Source of the DNA: Podarcis muralis
Lineage: Eukaryota
DNA length: 64,000 bases
Direction: 5' to 3'
Assembly (NCBI RefSeq): GCF_964188315.1
Contig: NC_135661.1
Span: 49,600,001 to 49,664,000, forward strand
The notes beneath the pieces are model-generated. The model saw only the letters and a program-made list of their open reading frames with translations, had not been told where the DNA came from and searched no databases. Shown here one piece after another: positions 12,800 through 24,916 of the stretch. The position numbers and the translations under genes were made by a program. Every line of letters begins with the position of its first letter. The stretch's first letter is position 1.

Positions 12800-14558
12800 G
12801 TCCAGACCCATAGATCTCACAAATAGGCTGATTGCCTTTCAGTCCATTAATGAAGCCTCAACACATCTTTGGAATATCTTTGGAAAAGAAATTCTCATTT
12901 GCACTGTGAGGTATTTGAAGATCTTTACTTGACACTGGCAATTGGGCTGGCTTTTACTTTTTAGTCATTTTTAGCTAAATGAAGCCACCTCGGTGAGCAT
13001 ATGAATTTGTTTAAATTCATGAAACATTGAACTAGATGAACCAGTACCCTGACTTGATATAAAGAACCTCTCTCTGTTCTATACCCCACCCCCACCAGTT
13101 TCCTCCCTCCTCTGCACTCTGCATTCCTTGTTGCCTGGGCATGCTCAGTCCTCATTGGATTCCCCATACATGCTGATACCTTGTTTTTGCATGACTCTGT
13201 TTGGCTGCTATAGACAATTACCATGTGAGATTGCTGTTAGAGGAAGTGATAAGCTAAATGAAACCAGCATGTTCTTCAGATATAGTACATATGCTACTGA
13301 ACACCAATTCCTGGGGCCAACGGTGGGGGAGGACTGTTCCCTTCATGCCTTGTTGACTGCCTTAGAGCATTTACTTAGAAACAAGATGATGGACTCAATT
13401 GACCTTTGGCCTGTGATTCAGTAGGGCATGTGCTCATTTTTTTGTGTCTTTAAATTAGGCTGCATAATCACTGTTAAGAGACCTATCAATTAAGGCTCCT
13501 TTTCTTTTCCCAAAGACTGAAGCAGACAAATAAAATATTCTTTGTATTTTGAAACAGCATAAAGGTGGACATGATCTGCCTTGAAAAGAGGGACATGGCT
13601 TTCATGAGACATTTGCTTTGATGCTTTTGCACAAGATCTAACCAGCCATAAGGGGCATGTTGGGTAGATAAGCATGTAAAATATTTATGATTTAATATGT
13701 ATAGTTAAAATATCTTTTGCTGCAAATAAAGTAGTAAGCATTTTGCAGTTTTTATAGCTTAATGGTTAATGAGAGAATTTTTAAAGGGTATGTGTGCACA
13801 GTATTTTAATTAAAAATTTAATTTAAAATAATAAAGCCATGAAGAATATTACAAAGGGCAATAGCAATCAATATAATGACCTAAAATTTTAAACAAAATA
13901 CATTGATTAAAAGCACTCCACAGAAATAAATAAATAAATAAATAAGAATGTGGCAAGTGTATGTGATTGTTTTGACACTTTTTAATAGACCTGAAATAAA
14001 CCTTATCTCACTCCTGAACTTTATAAACTAACATGTCACTATGAAGTTGCTCTGTTTCATCATTAACTGCTTCCAAGGGAATTTAACATTTTGGAATGCA
14101 ACCAGTTAGGCTGTGTATACAACTCATAGCTTCCTTTATAGATGTTATTAAAATAAGTATGTTAAAAAGAGGTGCTGATAGTGTAGGTAACCAACATGGG
14201 AAATGAGATTAAAAACAAACCATCTAAGAAGTTTAAAATGCCAGCTTTCTGTCTTCCTCCGAACACGTTGTGATACCATTTAAATAATGCAAATATTTGT
14301 ATAAATCCGTTTAAAAAGAACACCAAAATAGTACTAGATTAAGCACTTATTAGGACCAAGCTCATCAAAATGTTTCATTATGTTCAATGTGGAATGAGCA
14401 AGTGGACTCTCAGGCCTCCCATGTACAATATTGGGCATAATAATGCTGACAACTTGCAGAATTACAATGAGACAATGTCTGTAGAGTGCTTTGAACACTC
14501 TTAAGCTCTGCAAATGTTAGGTATGCAGTAAGTAGTTACACACACTGACACAGTAACC

Positions 14559-14728
14559 CAGAGCTTCCAAACTTTTCATGTTGGTGACATGCATCATTTC
14601 ACGGCACAGTAATTCAGCTTTACTAGCAAACCGGAGGTTAAACTAACCCCTTTCTAGCCCTGGGAGGAGCATATGGAGCATTCGCGCGACACACTAACGT
14701 GTTGCAACACACAGTTTAGAAAACTCTG
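14559..14728. mobile_element. hAT-like MITE
   Basis: Imperfect TIRs cagagcttccaaac / gtttagaaaactctg, 170 bp; no perfect 8-bp TSD. Confidence 0.45.
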
Positions 14729-15863
14729 CAACCCAATTCTTGGGAGAATTCTTATCAGTCCTCATATGTAACCATAACAGGTTTTTGGAGGGGAAATCCA
14801 GGGTTTGTGGAATGATAACAATATCAGCAAAAAGTAACAACAAAACTAAGGGTGGGGCATCAACCCCAAAACAGCCCAATGTGGACTGTGTATGCTCAGT
14901 AGAAACATACACTAACTATGTTTTTAGGGAGGAGGGGACATAAAACTAGAAAGTGTTCATGGCATTGAGTATTCTGCAGAAGGGTATGACTGACAGGCCA
15001 GAACCTTGAACAGGAGCACCCAATACCCCAACATTTTGTTGCAGATCCCACTTATTGTTGTGTGTTGCAAAATTTTATAAGGGACTGCATTACATAGCCA
15101 GCACCCCACTCCGATTGTTTCAATTCTTTGTTGTGTTGGTTAGTTAGAAAATAAGGAACTTCTATTATTTTCTCCAAATTTCTCCATTTTTAAGAGATCC
15201 CACATGCGCCTATCCAATGCATCTCTTGTTTAGAAAGCCAATTCCTTTCACATGTACTCCATTGGTGTGGGAGCTGCTTCCTTGCCACACAGTCCCACAC
15301 TGCTGTATACACTGCTGTATACACACTGGTGTGTAGGACCATTTCTATGGGCAGTTCCCTCTTGGATCTTACACCCCTCCCATGGAAAAGAGAAGTATAG
15401 CAGTTGGGTGGGAAAGAACCACATGGCTGGAATATTTGAGGGCCTCCCAGCAATATGGGATCACACTTTGGGGGATCAGTTTGTGTGTTATAGTTTTTGT
15501 CCAAATTTGTGAATTTGGAGATTAGTGAACCTATTTCCAAATTAGGAAATAGGTTGTGCCTTCCATAAACAGGAATGCACGTTGTCTGCAAATGGAGGAG
15601 ACATGTGGTCTGAAAAAAGAACTGCTTCTCAAGTCAATAGGAGAAGTAAAAACTTGAAGGAAACATGCTCTGACACAGAAAAGTCACATTACTATTTCCA
15701 TTTACCTTTGGACTTTTCATGATGTTATCACCACAGACAGCTTTTAAAGGATACAGGATATTTTTCTATGGGTCATAACCCCAGGGTATGATATATGTTA
15801 GTTGATGAAATCTAGATCATGAAATCCTCTTTAGCCACTCAACCCATCCAACCACAAAGGACC

Positions 15864-15927
15864 GCCTTGGTGCTATTCAGGTGCTGTATATACAGAACAA
15901 TCCACAGCACCTGAATAGCACCAAGGC
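15864..15927. repeat. Perfect 24-bp inverted repeat with 16-nt loop
   Basis: gccttggtgctattcaggtgctgt (15864-15887) is the exact reverse complement of acagcacctgaatagcaccaaggc (15904-15927). Confidence 0.95.
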
Positions 15928-16026
15928 AGTGCTTTACAATGAGATGGTGGAGACAACCTCTGCTGTTTGTAACTGGACTTCTAAAACATATAACTGTCCA
16001 GTAAGCATTGGTACACTAATGTACAG

Positions 16027-16110
16027 TGCAATCCTATACATGTGTACTCAAAAGTAAGTTCTATTGAGTCCAGTGGGTTTTACTCCCTAGTAAATGTGTA
16101 TAGTATTGCA
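16027..16110. mobile_element. Short palindromic MITE-like repeat
   Basis: Ends tgcaatcctatac / gtatagtattgca are inverted; an internally symmetric core similar to segments near 20008-20070. Confidence 0.5.
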
Positions 16111-16780
16111 GCCTAAGCATCCATTTGAGATAACAGCTCCAAATTCCCTTGAGACTGAATCCACACAGGTAGCTGCTTAACAGACCTGATAGTGTCTGGC
16201 ATAGCTCCACTGACTATAGGTGCATATAGGAAACATGTGAGTCCTTGTGGGTAGGAAATCTGTGTTACAATTTGACTATGACAATACAAATCTCCCCCTG
16301 CCCCCATTGCCTTACTTAGAAAACAAATGATTTTTGGTTGAAAAGTAGCCCAGTGCCTGTGTTTTACCAACATATGAAAACTATAAGTGACTTACCTACA
16401 AGGCAGCCTTTTTATTGTCAGAGTGAATTATGTTTTGAAAATGGAAACATTTCTTCACCAATAAAGGAATGTCTTTAATATGGATTCATTTATTTCAAGA
16501 AATCTTTACCTTGCCTTCTACATAGCATTCAGGGTGGTTTACAACAGTTTGCAAAGCTTTGCAAAAATAACAAGGAAATTGTAGAACTCTTTTTTTTTAA
16601 AAAAGCAAAAGTTGAAACTATCCAAAAATCAAGGGCTATAGCTATTAAAAATATCAACCTGTAGGAGTAGGTCCCAACAAGATACTGGAAATGTCTTCAC
16701 ACATTCATCATTGTAATTAATTATACCATTTTCATACTTGATTGTGACTGGTGGTGATTATATATATGTTTTTTTAAAAG

Positions 16781-16966
16781 GTCTCTCCATGTGCTGATCT
16801 GCAATGCTGCTACTTTTTTGGCTCCTTGGCAACTGACTGAAGATGGTCTGGAGTCCACCTTCCAGGTGAATCACTTGGGACACTTCTATCTCATTCAGCT
16901 TCTTGAAGATGTTCTCCGTCGCTCAGTTCCTGCAAGAGTTGTGATGGTTTCCTCAGAATCACATAG
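16781..16966 (+). CDS. WWOX: WWOX coding exon (human exon 7 equivalent)
   Basis: aaaag|G TCT CTC CAT...CAT AG|gtgagt, 186 nt. [61 protein letters not shown](R) carries the SDR NA-motif, NHLGH and the catalytic Ser region. Confidence 0.98.
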
Positions 16967-19900
16967 GTGAGTTCTGACTCAGAACATGCTGTATGCCACT
17001 TAGAGATTTTTAAACTATTAAGTGATTTATGAAAGTCCTGAAGCATTTTATTGATCAAATGGAAAGTGAGTTCAGCTAGAAGTAACCATGCTGGGATATT
17101 CTTAATGTTTTAAATCTTTATTTATCATTCTGCACCCACACCCACACCCATTCCCAGCTCCAGGTCAGCAGGATAGATTCATGGCTCCCCCATTGTCAGT
17201 TTTTCTCTCCTATGTTAGAAATGAGGGGCAATAATTAAAGCAAAAGTTTCCATTTTTCAGATAAGAACTTCAGTACATAAAAATTAAAACTAATGAAGTA
17301 TCCCATGAAATCAGTGTGTTAGAGGACTTGAAACTGATATGGTGGAATAGGATGCTGAATTTACACCTTTGTGCTCAGATGCAAGTCACTAGTCATCTGT
17401 GAATTTTGCTTAGTGTCCTTGTTTCAGTCACTCCTAATTGTACGTCATAAGGTTCTTAAGATAAAATGGAGAATGGAGGAACCCTGGCTGAGATCCAGGA
17501 GTCATGTGTCATGTTCTGAGCCTGCACTAGGATTTTTGGGTGTGACTTCCTGCTGCTGCTCCACATCCCACACCTGGCTGGGAAGCATCTCTGCTACAGC
17601 ATGGGGAGGGATGCTTGTTACTTATGCTAAATAATTTTTTTTAAATTTTTTAAAGGATCCTGTCCTATATATGCTTTCAGGTCCTTGAAGGAAGACTGGA
17701 ATACAAATCTAAATCCTGAGTAAAGGATCCAGCACTGAGACTGGATGTTACATTGAGATATGTCTCTCTTAATATTTGTAAAGTCCTTCTTTTTTGAACA
17801 ATATTAGTATGAATGCAGGTTTTCTGTGTTGTTTGAGCCATTGATTTTGGTAGGAGATGGAAAAATAATTGATTAAATCTGAATGGCACGACCTTTATTG
17901 ATTTGTCATTCAACAACTTCAATGCCATACAAAGAAGAATGCACAGTTATTCTTACTGGAGAAACAATGCAATTAAGGTCTTAAAGATTGAATCCAATTT
18001 TCTTTCTGTTTTTTCTTTGAAAACAACAAAAAATAAGGAGCTGAATATAGGCATTAGCCATATCAATGTAATAATAGAAGTGATGTCTCCAGGACTTTTA
18101 ATTTTGAAAGCAAGCCTCTTTGATTGAGATTTCAGTTTAAAATGTCACAGTTGCTCTTAGAAGTGCAATTTTCTACTGCTCCTAGAAGTCCAATTGACAG
18201 AAAAATATGGAAAATTTCATCTGATTTTAGCTGTATTTGTAGCAGTACATTGAATATAGGAAATGTTTGGTAAAAAGGCAAAAACAAATAAAGATAAAAT
18301 GTTTACTGTATACTCTGATACATTATTACAAAGCTAGTGCCCTGCCAACCCAGCTGTAAGAATATCTAACAGATTTTAAAAACCTTTCTTCTGTTTTGTT
18401 AAAACATAGTGCTATTGGCTAAGCACATTATGGGTATGGAGGGTACGTAAATTGTCCCCTCCACCCTGTGGTATATTTTATTGACCTACTATGAAGCTTA
18501 CTTTTTTAAAATCATGTTTCCCTAAAATGTAACCCCTGGGACCTGGCAAAGAGAGACCAGCCAAGGGTCAGGCTGAACCCCTTTATCACTTCCCAACATA
18601 AGGGCTTATGGTTTAAATGATACACTGCAGATAGATTTACTTTAACCATTTTAAATTTATGGCAGCTGAAATGAAAGGAAGCAATTGAAAATGTCCATAA
18701 TAATCCTCCCTAGTGTTAAGACATGAAACATCTAGTAATTAGGTGGTAAAAAAAAAATTCTTGGATGGCCTTATCTTTGCAAATCACTCCAGGTTTGTGA
18801 AAGCTAGTAGCGGAGTCCCATTACAAGAGAGGGAGGCTACCGCAGGGCAGGCAAGTTTAGCACTAGAAATAAATCTGCCAACTCCAATCACTTGCCAGAT
18901 GTGGAGGGCACAATGGGATATGTATAAATGAGCTGTTATTTAATGGGAGATTATGTTGAATTGTCAGCTGCTTGTTTCTCTGTGTATAACGCTGATCTCC
19001 AATAGTTTTTAAAACGACAACTTTGCTCCAGAGCTATTTCTTCTCTCCCTCTTCCTCCCTTGGTGTCATGTGCAGCTTAAATTCATGCTTTTGCAAAGCT
19101 TTAAAGCTTGATGAAATAAAGGCCCCAAAAACTCAAAAAAAAACAACCCAACATAAAGTTGGAACATTCATTGCGTAATTGAGCAAGATCAGCCAAGGTT
19201 TATGGAAACTTATTCCCCAATAAGTAAATGGTGTGATTCCAGACCTAACAACTAAAGCAACTAATTGCTTTTCCATTTGTAGGGGGCTTGTCATGCATTA
19301 AATCATACTTAAACATATAAAATAATCATTGAAAAGGGCTGCTAGTTTTACAGTGTTGAAATGCCAAAGGGAGCTTGTTAGCCACTACATCTTATTGTGT
19401 GTATGTATTTTGCAATCTGTCTGAGAATGCCAGAGCCAGTTTTGGTTACTATTTTTCTCCCCCAATGCCTCAAGAGATGGCAACATTCCACTCTTCTTAG
19501 ATAGAAAACAATATTTGAAGAATGGCCTCTGTCTTGGGAGGAGGAGCTGTTCTTTTTCTTCCTTTCAGATGTTGTATGAATGAATGTTGGGGTCAGGGGG
19601 TCCGAGATCATGCACACTACTCCCATTCCACATATTTATTTGAATGTCCACATAAGGTCTAGTCACTCACAAGCTCTCTATGCCACCAGGAACACCAAAG
19701 AAGCAGGAGAGAGACTTATGGACTAAGTAGAACTTTAAATGAACACCCCATACCTTATCATAAAGTTTTAAAGGGGTTTGGGGTTGTAATTTCCACAACT
19801 TCTAGAGTTTGAGATTCTGATGTTTTACAAAAGAAGCAAAAAATTAAGGGTGAGCGCCATAAGTGAAAATATTAAATAGTACGTTGTCGCCTTAAATATT

Positions 19901-22662
19901 AAATTGGTTAGTCTTTAAAATGCCACAAGGCTCTTTCCCCCCCTTCATGCCACAGACTCACAAAGCTACCTTTATTGAAATAGGTTGTGACGCCTGGTTT
20001 CCGGAAGTAAGCCCCAGTGAACTTATTGGGGCTTGCTGCTCAGTGAGCATGCATATAATTCCACTGTAAGCATTTTCCCCACCCATTGAGTCTGTATTTC
20101 TAAGTCTCATGTTTGATCCCTTCACTTCTGGTATGATAGACAGTACCAGTCCAGGTATAACTTGCCACCAAGCAAAGGGAGGCCACAACAGTGGTGCATA
20201 CTCAAGTTGGGGGTGTTTGCACCTGATAGATGCTTTCCATTACAAGCAAAACACTATTTCAGCTGCAGTAGGTGATATGCATCTACATAGATAGACTAGT
20301 CAGCTAACAAGATTAGGATGCTAAGTTCTTGGGGTAGATCAAGGGTTGTGAACCTGAGTAGCATTGGTCTCACAAGGACCACTGCTGCATTTTAGGACCC
20401 TAACCTCCCCAGAGTTCTCCAGATCTTATCTGACTGCAGCAAGCAAAAAAGATTCAGCATAGCACAGAATTTAGAGGTTTATTCCAGCCTACAGGAAAGG
20501 TCTACAAGAAACAAAATTTGGAAAGGTCTGCATAACATTTGGAAAGTAGCAGCACCATGTTTAAACATACACTTCTGCTATTTTTTGCCCCTTATTTCTT
20601 GTTGATATTCAGTTTAATAAACCACCAATATAAGGACAGGCAGATGGCTATCTAGAAGAATTCCTTTTCATGTAGAAGCCTTCAGTTTTTTTTGCTACCT
20701 TGTTATTATTAAAAAAGAAAAGAAAAGGAAGGAAGGAAGAAACAAACAGCTGGTGTTTAATGACTCTGTCAGACCCAATTAAAAAACATCAACTAGTTAC
20801 TTTGATTTGTGCTCAGTCATGCCATGGGTATACTTAAAAACATTAGACTCCGCCAGAGCTCATTTTGGCTTTGTTCACATTTATCTTTTATACCTTTAAG
20901 GCTATTGATGGCATATAACCAATGTTACAGCCCCTTTCTAGCCATCAATTTTTAATCTAAAAAGATTCTAAGAAGCAGCAAGTCTCATGTGTAGTTACTT
21001 GGGCACTTAAACTCCAGAGTATGCATTACTTGTGTACTAGAAGTCGGAGAAGATAAATGATGAAGGCTGTTCGGTTACTCTGCTTCAAAAGCCAAAAATT
21101 TTGATATCAAAATATTTACAATTTCTGCTTAACGCAATTATACTGCTTTTTTAAAAAACAAGAAAAGAAAGAAAAGAAAACTCATTATAAGGGAAGAAAT
21201 CAGGCAGTACAAGAAAACAGTTCCTGTAGTAGAATTGCAACCCTGAAAATAAAATATTACTATTTCTGCTGTTCTCAAGCAATGAAACTTCAGTCAGTAG
21301 AAAGATGCCCCTATTACTGGACACACCTGCTCTGGGCTTTGTATACTCTCACCAGCTGGAAAGGATTGTACCAACTTCTTTCCTCCAACTTCTTTTCTCC
21401 AATTTCTCTGCACTCACTGTAAGATGTATGGACTCAGAGATAGGCTTTACTGCCTTTAGTTAAAAAGAATGGCCCATGACTCCATCAGGGAGACTTCCCA
21501 TCAAATATATGATGGGTGCTGTGCCAACACAGCCTCTAAGCTCCAGAATCCCACCATGCAGTCAAAGTGCTGAACCTTTTAAGGAGGAACCTGGGTCCAC
21601 CCTTGCCAACCTCTCCCACACTGCCTAACAAATTAGCTACTATTTCTAGTTTTTGTATTTTTAAAAAGTGGTCTAGCAGCCATGCTGAACTTTTTTAAAA
21701 AAACGTAACCTACATAAAAATAATAATTATAATAATCTGATACTGATAAAAAGCAGTCAGGCCCCGAGAGTGTGAATTGACAGGGGAGATGCAGATGGTT
21801 CCTGTTGCTATCAAAGGCATAATGCAAATATGTAGACTGAATCATATGGGCAGGGGGAGTAGGAGAAAGAGACAAGAATCTGCTTGGAATCCTTTCTTGT
21901 CAGATCTTGTAAAATGCAATTGGCCATTTCTGAATCGAGTAAGTTAATAGTTGACATCCTGATGCCATTAGGCTTTACTACAAAATGCCAAGGAGCACTC
22001 TGCTAATTCTTGTGTTGTAGAACACATTCCAGTGTTCCATTATTGGTCTTGGTAAGTCTAGAAATCAAAGTACCTATACCTTGTCAATTTGGGCAATCAA
22101 ATGTGTTTCTATAAATCTGATTACCTTTCCAGGTGGTTTTTTTTAAAAAAAATGATTTCCCAGTTGCACTATCCTCACCCCGCTATAGACATCAGTTGAT
22201 CAATAAATATTTTGTATGCCTAGAATGTGCTCTCCTTCAGAACCAGATATATGTTCTGGTGTTCATAAGATCCAGCAGTAGGTGTGTCTTGTCACAGTGT
22301 GTTTTGAAACAAAAACACCCACCCCTTGGTGAAATGTTTGGCGAAAAGTCATATGAATTCAGCCTTTAATGCTTTTATTTGGCTTATTAAGGCTCAGTAA
22401 CACACAGTTAGCAAATCTTGTTTTAGATTCCTGCATCCTTCCCATGTGGGCTTTGTTTATTTAATTTGCTTGCTTGTTTATTTGTTTCTTTATTTACTTT
22501 GCCTAAAACCAGTATGGATTACACAATAAAACAGGCCCTCTCTGCAGGTTTAAATAGATACATTCATATCTTCTTTATCCAAATGTGTTTAAGTAAAAAA
22601 AAAAAAAAAGCAATTGTATTAATTTAGGAAGCCAGGGTGAATGGGCATGTCTTACAGAGCTA

Positions 22663-22686
22663 AACGACTAAACAACAACAACAACA
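22663..22686 (+). mobile_element. Minimal BovB/RTE tail insertion (24 nt)
   Basis: aacgactaaacaacaacaacaaca matches the BovB-type 3' tail; 9-bp TSD acagagcta at 22654-22662 and 22687-22695. Confidence 0.75.
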
Positions 22687-23079
22687 ACAGAGCTACGTGA
22701 GTTTAGCAACAGTCAAATATCATATGGGTGGTCATGCCAGTGGTGGTAGAGAGCTGAAAGTGAAAGAAAGAGAATGGATAAATCTACTCCCTCATATGAT
22801 ATGGACATAATTTTGTAGACCTTACCCATTTTCCATTCTATTTTTAGGAAGTTGGCAAGTTTTTAGTTTATAATGAACCAATTTACTTGATATATAACAC
22901 TATACTCCTGATGTCTGTGGAGCAAATGTCCTTCCTAACCAAGAGAAGAATTTAGGAAGACTGTTGCGTGCTGAGGACCCGCAAAACCCCTACCCCAATA
23001 ACTCAGACAACACACATAATTTTTGTTTTAGGTTTTTGGCATAATTTTTTGGCCACAACTTTATTTATATACAAATTGA

Positions 23080-23422
23080 GAGTGGTTGTTTAGGCATTGG
23101 TTATGACTACCTGTCCCCCCCCCCCCGCCTTGGGGGACAGCACTGACTCCCTAGCCAGTCTCGGAGGAAACATGGTCAGAGTCAGATGGAGCTGCGTAAC
23201 AGACCCTCACTGCTCCGCGCATGTTCCTTGAAGCTTACGCGGCCCGCACCCTGCCGTCAGGGTTTGGACGAAGGGGATGGTAAGCTTCAGAATTCCTTTA
23301 ACGGAAAACCCGTCAGCAGCAGCATTGGAGGGGCAGGCACAGCCAATCCATACCCCTCCACCAACCAATTTTAACCAATGCCTAACCGCCATTCGAGCCC
23401 TTACGCTCGCCGCCAACCACTC
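23080..23422 (-). ncRNA. Highly structured 3' untranslated domain of the YR retroelement
   Basis: At least 8 complementary stem pairs found by eye, enclosed by an outer stem 23080-23103 / 23372-23422 (see findings). Confidence 0.6.
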
Positions 23423-24011
23423 ACAAACTAAACCACACCCTCAGCCTGGACACTAAAGCGTCCAACCACACATCATTCCCAACTGGCGAGAGATGAACCC
23501 CGTCATCCCTGTAAAATTCAATTGCCTTGAATGAAATCAGAGGGTGAGGGATAACTGCCCCACCCAGATTCACCACCAGCTTGCTTGCTGCGGAATTAAT
23601 CCGCTTCCTTACCCGTTCGGTGGCAGCTGGGCAAGGGCTACCCCGCCAAATGCGGCGTTGCAATAGCTGTGACCAAATTATCTTAGTTGACGGCACCAGT
23701 GCCGCCAGTTCTTTAAGGTCCAGTAATATGGTGGCACGCAGCACAAAGCAGGAAGATGATACCATATCGTTCTCCCCAAGCTGCACCACGATCGCTGAAG
23801 GAGGGCCACATCGGAGGACACGCCTTCGAATGAGAGGTAAAAATTCCCTCCACAGCATCCCCCTTCTGGAAATCCAGGACACCTGTACGTGGTGCGGGAA
23901 TCCCAGGCCATCACCCAGTCCGGACTGGCGAGCTCTGTCCGCAGCCCAGTGCACAATACTGTGCCCTACTATCCAGATACGGATAGCAGCCCGACCTAGG
24001 GTAAAACACAC
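23421..24011 (-). CDS. SGNH/GDSL-family hydrolase of the YR retroelement
   Basis: Motifs IVGHS (Ser), RRG, LGEND (Asn) and DGVH (Asp/His) are intact. No in-frame ATG upstream of the catalytic Ser; the track start is GTG. Confidence 0.85.
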   Translation of the reverse strand: MCFTLGRAAIRIWIVGHSIVHWAADRARQSGLGDGLGFPHHVQVSWISRRGMLWREFLPLIRRRVLRCGPPSAIVVQLGENDMVSSSCFVLRATILLDLKELAALVPSTKIIWSQLLQRRIWRGSPCPAATERVRKRINSAASKLVVNLGGAVIPHPLISFKAIEFYRDDGVHLSPVGNDVWLDALVSRLRVWFSL

Positions 24012-24032
24012 ACATATAAATACAACAACGCA

Positions 24033-24908
24033 TTATTTCCGTACGTAGGCTTTAAATGCATCCGATCGCCACCGACCCAGGTCCTTTATCCTCTTAACTG
24101 ACAGACCCCAGTGTGCAGCAGTTGTAGCCGCTCCAATCCTAAATGAGTGAGGGGCAAACTCAGAAGCCGGCAGGCCACAAGCCGCCACAGCTTTTCGTAA
24201 CACTCCATTAAACTGGTGCCTCACCAGCGGGCGGCCATTTTCATGTATGAACAGGGGCCCTTCGCCACCAGGACGCAAGGCTAAATACTTCGTAAGGTCC
24301 TTCACTGGGCAAGGGCCAGATTCGCCCGTCGCCGGGAGTGTAATGACAGCGCCCCTGCCTAGTTGGTCCGTCTTTGAATTCCTAACGTTAACCTGCAAGT
24401 CCCTTGGAGACACACTAACGTCCTGCATCAGCAAACCCCTTGAACCCCCGTCCAGCTTGCGCTCAAGGACCACTTCCCCGATTCTTAGGGCCCCAAAGAA
24501 AGTTAATGAAAAGGCTGCTGAAAATAGCCGAGCCTCAAATTTCGACCAACAGATGCTCCGCAGCTTAGACCGCATCTGCGCCAGCAGATCAAATGTAATG
24601 GGTCGTCTGGCAATGGTCCTGGAAGGAGTGAGTCGCCCCCATCCCTCCAGGGCCCTACGCACTACAAACTTCCTGCACGGATCTTTGTTGAAATATGCCT
24701 TATTAAAAAAGGAGATCGCTGCAGAATGTAGCCGAAGGGTCCTAGCTGCCCTACGCATCTGGAACAGATGCGCCAAATACCGGAGCACCTGAGAGGTGGA
24801 ATGGGGGGTGGAAACTTCCCCCACGGACTGCCCGCTAAATAATAAAAAGTCCGCCCAAGCCTTTTTATAGGACCTCAAGGTAGAAGGTGCAACAGATGCA
24901 GCTACTCC
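24033..24908 (-). CDS. Tyrosine recombinase (phage-integrase family)
   Basis: APSTLRSY N-terminus; catalytic R (LRIGE), K (NSKTD), HSFR, W (GRW) and Y (AYVRK). The frame is open upstream of the TTG at 24878; the true start is unknown. Confidence 0.93.
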   Translation of the reverse strand, partial: GVAASVAPSTLRSYKKAWADFLLFSGQSVGEVSTPHSTSQVLRYLAHLFQMRRAARTLRLHSAAISFFNKAYFNKDPCRKFVVRRALEGWGRLTPSRTIARRPITFDLLAQMRSKLRSICWSKFEARLFSAAFSLTFFGALRIGEVVLERKLDGGSRGLLMQDVSVSPRDLQVNVRNSKTDQLGRGAVITLPATGESGPCPVKDLTKYLALRPGGEGPLFIHENGRPLVRHQFNGVLRKAVAACGLPASEFAPHSFRIGAATTAAHWGLSVKRIKDLGRWRSDAFKAYVRK

Positions 24909-24916
24909 CTGTAAGA

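Noticed and set aside
23326-23372. Weak similarity of the 3' region (AAAATTG...GAGGGGT..GGATT on minus) to the 5' terminus, as a possible A2 repeat
   Set aside because: Only short scattered matches. A young element should have near-identical repeats.
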